From the NCBI GenBank assembly GCA_964016885.1, contig OZ024743.1:353524001-353588000 (forward strand): a stretch of 64,000 nt of DNA. Direction: 5' to 3'. This document shows, piece by piece, positions 57,789-64,000 of this stretch (the stretch's first letter is position 1; every line of letters starts with the position of its first letter). This stretch comes from Eledone cirrhosa (taxonomy: Eukaryota). The notes below the pieces were generated by a model. That model was given only the letters and a program-made list of their open reading frames with translations. It had not been told where the DNA came from and ran no database searches. Made by a program: the position numbers and the translations under genes.

Positions 57789-58708
57789 TAAAACATTTCA
57801 CAAAGTATACAGCTAATATTAAATTATTTATCAATTTAGAATCTTTTTCTCAAAGGCACATATATATATATATACACTTCTTTTAAAAATATACCCATCT
57901 TTCTACCTTATTTCAAAGGTTATTATACATTCTATAATACTTGTTACTCACTCTACATCGCTCCTATTTATCACTTCCATTTCTTCTCTTCTTCTTTTAA
58001 TGTCTAACACCTAATCTGTAGCTTTTCTCACTCTTGCCTAACATAGAATCAATTATTACATAATACAATACATTCTTACTCTATATCACCTTGTAAAAAT
58101 TCTTCGTAAACATATACATTTTTTTGACGTTAGATTATTCATCCTCAATTCATTATTCTTTTCTCCCTTTCATCTAACTCATTCATGCTCATCTCACAAT
58201 ATTTCCTTACTTAAATAACCTGTTGTTCCTTTTAATAATACATATCAACATTTTCTTAACATCGCACATATTATTAAACCCTTAAATACTATTCTCAATA
58301 CATATTAACATTTTCTTTTTCATCGCACATATTATCAAACCCCTCAATATACAAACCTTAACTTTACATTATTTTTCTCTTCGTTAATTTTCAAATTCTT
58401 TTAATTTATATATTATCTTCCAACGGTTTTCAACCTCTCTTTGTAAAACAATATATCTTTCTCAGTTATAAAAGCTATCTCTCTCTCTCTATCACCCATC
58501 TCTCCTCCTATCTCATCCTTCCTCATTATACTCCTCCTTCTCCACTTTTTACTCTCATCTCCTCCTCTTTTCCATCCTTTCCACCCCCCCCCCTCTAAAT
58601 AAAATATTTTTCCCAATATCACACATCAATCTAAAACTACTTCTCATATGTTGATTTAAAACTGAACTATCCACAAGTGTTTTTTAACCTTCATATCATG
58701 TCTTCCTG

Positions 58709-58775
58709 TTTTATCTGATGAAAACACAAATATTATTGCATGATGATATTTGTTTTTGAAATGTGCATAATAAAA
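58709..58775 (+). ncRNA. Minimal type I hammerhead ribozyme
   Basis: TTTTAT-CTGATGA-AAAC ACAAATAT..ATATTTGT TTTT-GAAA-TGTGCA-TA-ATAAAA; stem I extends via CATGT/ACATG beyond a bulge. Confidence 0.75.
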
Positions 58776-58903
58776 TACATGGAACTCTTTTAACCATCTT
58801 TTGATCTTATATATTATGTATACTCCAGTCCTACAAACTGTAGAGTGCTTCTCATCCGATATCTGCATTGCTTTATTGTACTACAATAAAACTCACCTCC
58901 TAC

Positions 58904-58941
<38 letters not shown>

Positions 58942-59002
58942 ATGTATGTATGTATGTATGTATGTATGTATGTATGTATGTATGTATGTATGTATGTATG
59001 TT

Positions 59003-59290
59003 TGTCTTGGTTAAGATAGTGGGACTGGCTTTGTGCAGTGCCTTTGCTCACTATAAAAGCTTCACGGCACAGGCATTGCTTTATATCTGGAGATCTCTCT
59101 GCACTTGTCGTCACATGGTGCCATGGGCCCAGCACTATGTGTCAATAATTGTCACAAGTGTAGTGTTTGTACCAGAGTTTTCAAGTCGCTGGCTGGACTA
59201 AAAAGTCACACTCGTTCAGCGCATCGGTAGTGGTTCTCCTACATGGATATAAAGTATTGGCCGTACTCGAAAACGAGTTGGCAGCCACCA
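59003..59290 (+). mobile_element. 5'-truncated bipartite RTE-derived element in (TATG)n
   Basis: Matches 7751-8037. Confidence 0.85.
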
Positions 59291-59346
59291 TGTATGTATG
59301 TATGTATGTATGTATGTATGTATGTATGTATGTATGTATGTATGTA

Positions 59347-59402
<56 letters not shown>

Positions 59403-59431
59403 CATATATATATATATATATTCCGGCACTT

Positions 59432-60430
59432 TTATTGGCCAGGGGTGGCTTCGATTCGCTCTTTAATTGTTTGGATAATTAGCTCCATGTCTATCCCTGA
59501 CCAGTTTTCTCTTTGCATTTTGTAAAGTTCTACTAAGATTATTATACCCTCCTCTATTTCTCCCAAGAATGCTGCCATGAACAAGGGGATTATCATTTCA
59601 GGCAGCATGTCTACAATCCTCAATTTTGTCAAGCGCAGGCAGCGATAACTTGGAGACTAGAGTAAGTTTTTCATTCTTCAGTGGTTTCCAGAATGCCATA
59701 ATTTTTCTTAGGTGATGTGGGTCTTGCGTCATCCCACACACCTTATCAACTTTTGTATTTGAGTTTCTCTTGCTCCTTCTACCTAAAAAGATAGTACTAC
59801 GTCGAATGGAGTATTCAAACTTACTTTTCTCCAATAACTCATTACAATTTTTCTGGCTTCTTTCAAATCTTCCTCCTTTAGAATGGACTTTTCAAAAAGC
59901 ACTGCAAAAGTGATACCTTTTGCAGCTGACTGGCTGTACATTCTGGTGCTGTTGTTGCTGTCATCGCTCTCGGTAGAAATCGAACCGCAAATTGTGGAAG
60001 AAGAAATGATGGTAGGGGTGGTAGTGGTGGCAGTGGTGATACTTTTCTCTGCTGCTAATACAATTTCACCCATTGAGGAAGTGGTGGTACTGTTCTTACT
60101 GTTTCTGTTATTGTTATTGCTGCTATTGCTGTTTCTTTTTCTCCATCCACATGTCGGGCTGGTGTGGATTGTGGTGGCGGTGGTGGTGCTTTGATTGGCA
60201 ATGCTCAAAGGTGGAAAGAAGGTTTCACATTCTGCAGTGATTTCTTGTGCCGTGTTGTCGTTGTTCTTGCCTGTTGGAATGGGGTTGATGGTAGGGGAGC
60301 AGATTTGTGAAAATGAAAGAGGATGATGACGCCATCTTGTTAAATTAATTTTTTTTACAAAACAAAATCGCAAAGAAAGTTTTTGAATTTCTACCCCGCA
60401 AGGCGATTAACCAAAGAAGTTGCTAGGTCC
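59432..60430 (-). pseudogene. Decayed Tx1-like ORF1 5' half with upstream UTR, related to 1486-3588
   Basis: GITFAVLFEKSILKEEDLKEARKIV resembles PISFAGIAKNLETILITNEELEEAKKMV; MQRENWSGIDMELIIQTIKERIE resembles KVREDWVGSSIEMLIQTNQECIE; start context aacaagATGg at 60335. Confidence 0.78.
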
Positions 60431-60717
60431 CCTTTGATGCTGACTTTCTTAACAACACACGGGAAGAAAAGTTCAATAACAATTCAGATTTTGAGAAACA
60501 AGTAGAATTGAAAAAAAGTCTATGAGGGCTTGAACGAAGAGGAATGTATCTGTTTTCAGTCCTTTCAGCCTCGTCTAACACGTTCTTGTTCACCGTAGCT
60601 ACAAGACAGAAGAAAAATGCTTGTTCTTCTCTGCCAAAAGAAGGCGGTGGGGTGAAGAACGTAATGATGGAATCAACCGATTGTTGTATCCATTCTACAT
60701 AATAGCAATGATAATAA

Positions 60718-60998
60718 TAATTGTTTCTACTTTTGGCACAAGGCCAGAAATTATCCCAGTGTATTACTGGTACTTTATTTTATCGACTCCGTAAGGATGA
60801 AAGGTAAAGTTAACCTTGGCGGGATTTGAACTCAGACCATAAAGGGCCATAACTCTATGCTGTAAGGCATGGTGTCTGACCCTCTACCGATACTGCCAAT
60901 CCACCGCCCTACAATAATAATTGTTTCTACTTTAGGCACAAGGCTAGCAATTACTCAGTGCATTACTGGTACTTTATTTTATCGACCCTGTAAGGTCA
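60718..60998 (-). mobile_element. Two tandem family 1 SINEs
   Basis: Full copy at 60718-60908 and 3' fragment at 60918-60998. Confidence 0.85.
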
Positions 60999-61100
60999 AC
61001 TTGAATTAGGTAGACGAGGACTGGAATCCTGTCGAATGTATCTAATTCAAAGGTCCTGTCTTATCACATATTGTTTCACGCTAATTGGATTTGGGAATTA

Positions 61101-61267
61101 CCGTATTTCCCGGCGCCGAAGACACTTTGTCGTCGAGGACGCACTCTAATTTTGACAACCAAAAATTTGAAAAAAATAATAAACAACCTTCGGCTTCCAG
61201 GACACATGGTAGATTTTTGAGACTTATTTTAAGAAAAAAGTAGCGTCTTCGACGCCGGGAAATACGG
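61101..61267. mobile_element. pogo/Tc1-mariner-type MITE
   Basis: TIR ccgtatttcccggcg(c/t)cgaagac at both ends, TA duplicated at 61099-61100 and 61268-61269; inserted in a family 4 SINE. Confidence 0.85.
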
Positions 61268-61444
61268 TACATAACGGTACACGTGTCTGTGGAATACTCA
61301 ACCGCTAACACGTTAATTTACGAACATAAATGAATAGCAGTACTGTCTCCAAAGAGGAATTACGAGGAAATCCATATATAATACCTGAAGAGAAAATAAC
61401 TCTTAACTAAACGTACCTTTAAAATCCACCAGCCGAGCTAGTTT

Positions 61445-61537
<93 letters not shown>

Positions 61538-61565
61538 AATATACACACGCACAAACACATAGACC

Positions 61566-61649
<84 letters not shown>

Positions 61650-61652
<3 letters not shown>

Positions 61653-61916
61653 GGAAAAAATGAAACGAAATTTCATTTCTCACTCTAGTATGGCTGATAC
61701 ATATATGTATACAGACGTACAGTAGTATGTATATACATACATACATACATGCACATATATATATATATATGTACGTATGGGTTTACCGAACATTTATTAT
61801 AATGCTCGGTTTGTTTGTAAACAAACAGCTCGAATTATTAAACGGTCAGTGTTCGGCAACCATCGTTGCCATTTTGTTCAACACTGACATCGAAAAAATG
61901 TTCGGTAAACCCATAC

Positions 61917-61982
<66 letters not shown>

Positions 61983-62490
61983 GTGCATGTATATATATAT
62001 ATACATACTTCTGTACGTCTGTATACATATATGTATGTACGCATACATACTTATATTTAAGTATCAGCCGTACTAAGAGTGAGAAATGACATTTCATTTT
62101 TTACATTTATCGTTTTCGGTACACCCGACCGACTAACTCACTCGATATACAAATTAGGCTGCTCAGCCGTTAATATGCATAAGGAAAGTATATACTTTCA
62201 GACGTTCAACCATCTGGCAGGAAGGTATACGATGCTGACGACAGCTAATAAGCTAGAAACTAGTTCATCGTTCCTTTGTCAGTGTTGAACAAAAGAGCGA
62301 CGATGGTTGCCGAACACTGTACGGCTTAATTCGGGCGGCTTGTTACAAACAAACCGAACATTATAATAAATGTTCGGTAAACCCATACGTACATATATAT
62401 ATATGTGTGCGCATGTATGTATATATATATACATACTACTGTACGTCTGTATACATATATGTATGTACGTATACATACTTATATATATAT
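61650..62490. mobile_element. (TA)n-rich element with inverted and tandem segments (pLTR-like)
   Basis: 61770-61888 is inverted at 62277-62392; 61661-61700 is inverted at 62061-62100; contains an HHR. Confidence 0.7.
62229..62271 (+). ncRNA. Minimal type I hammerhead ribozyme with palindromic CUAG loop III
   Basis: ACGATG-CTGACGA-C AGCT AATA AGCT A-GAAA-CTAG-TT-CATCGT. Confidence 0.82.
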
Positions 62491-62618
62491 ATATCGTTTC
62501 TGAATTTGTTTAGCAAGATTCTTTATCTGAAAACGTGTGTTGAAACCGATATTGTTATACATTGGGAGGGTCATGTTGCCAATAAAATCTTATTGGCAAC
62601 ATGACCCTCCCAAAGTAT

Positions 62619-62668
<50 letters not shown>

Positions 62669-62672
62669 TGTT

Positions 62673-62763
<91 letters not shown>

Positions 62764-63553
62764 AGAGTTAGAAAGATAAATAGTGATAGTAGTAGGGGTA
62801 ATAGTACTGGTTGTGGTGTTGGTGGTGGTAGTAAGGTTGGTAGTGGTAGGTATAGGCAGTGGGGATTGTTATGTTGGTGGTGTTGTTGGTGGTCTTATGG
62901 TTCGATTTGTCACTGGAAACGGTTGGGAACTGGTCGGCTGTCTGCATTGACAGTGTTAGAGCTACTCGGTGCCATTCTACAGAGAGACACCATTGTCTCA
63001 TAAAAGCAATGGACAAAGATGAAGTAATTCAGCAAGTGACCCGTCTAGAAATTGGTCAATGGAAGAATATATACATATATATGAAAGATGCCACACTCCA
63101 CATAAAATGTAAAATAAAAAAAAAATATATGACAACCTAAAAGACAACCACACACATAACAGATCTGTTTCGCAAGCCTCTTAACTCTGGCCTTTCCCTT
63201 GGGGCCATATAACAGTTTAAGGATAAAGTCTTATTGTATGTAACACAGCTGGATTGCGACGTTGCAGAGCAGTGTATTTGTGGTAGAAGTGGCAGTTTAA
63301 GAGAACCGATGTCCAGCATTTGATACTTAACGAGAAAATGAAGTTGAGGGAAGAGTGAAGTTTCGTTTGAAAATATCAACAATCGACAGACTAGTTTTGA
63401 GAATTTGCGGATAGAAGAAATATAGATATGTATATGTATATGTATATGTAAATGTATATGTATGCATGTATGTATATATATATATCTATGATTGTATGTA
63501 TGTAAGTATGTATGTATGTTTGTTTGAGTGAATGTATGTATGTATGTATCGAT

Positions 63554-63622
<69 letters not shown>

Positions 63623-63639
63623 CACTCACATATAAATAA

Positions 63640-63695
<56 letters not shown>

Positions 63696-63722
63696 CACAC
63701 ACACACACACATACACACACAT

Positions 63723-63820
<98 letters not shown>

Positions 63821-64000
63821 CACCACACACACATATCAGATAAGAAACAAATAAAGAAAGGAATACATTGATAAATAAAAGTAAAATATGTAAATATGTG
63901 ATGCATGACCTTGCCCCCAGCTAAAACGACCTTTACATCTAGTGCCATTATTGTAGGTAACCCAATTGGACTGTGGGGCGATGTATTAGTGGCTGAAGTG

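Noticed and set aside
63150-63205. Minus-strand GAAA-CAGATCTG-TT-ATGTG
   Set aside because: No matching core or stem I 5' strand found upstream.

Overview
This is an AT-rich, microsatellite-saturated eukaryotic window. The SINE families and repeat style suggest an octopod cephalopod, which is an inference. No host protein-coding exon could be supported, and almost all ORFs in the supplied track are microsatellite artefacts. The real coding content is retroelement-derived: one apparently intact Tx1/L1-clade LINE (1272-7289; ORF1 with a CCHC knuckle, ORF2 APE-RT-ZnF) inserted in an (ATT)n tract, a decayed relative of its ORF1 (about 59.4-60.4 kb), a decayed Penelope-like RT+GIY-YIG (9.05-10.1 kb), and RTE and R4/Dong RT relics. 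There are also many tRNA-derived SINEs, a bipartite non-autonomous RTE derivative that sits in (TATG)n, and a pogo-type MITE. The most striking hidden signal is a dense set of about 14 type I hammerhead ribozyme (HHR) folds from about 10 sequence families. They lie in short, (TA)n-embedded, tandem or fold-back, Penelope-pLTR-like non-coding elements. Four copies from three sequence variants carry the uncommon U3-A8 core instead of C3-G8, with covarying stems. Truncation and fold-back points cluster inside the ribozyme, and several families share a downstream ACTC...GAGT stem-loop. All RNA folds were derived by eye and none has been tested.
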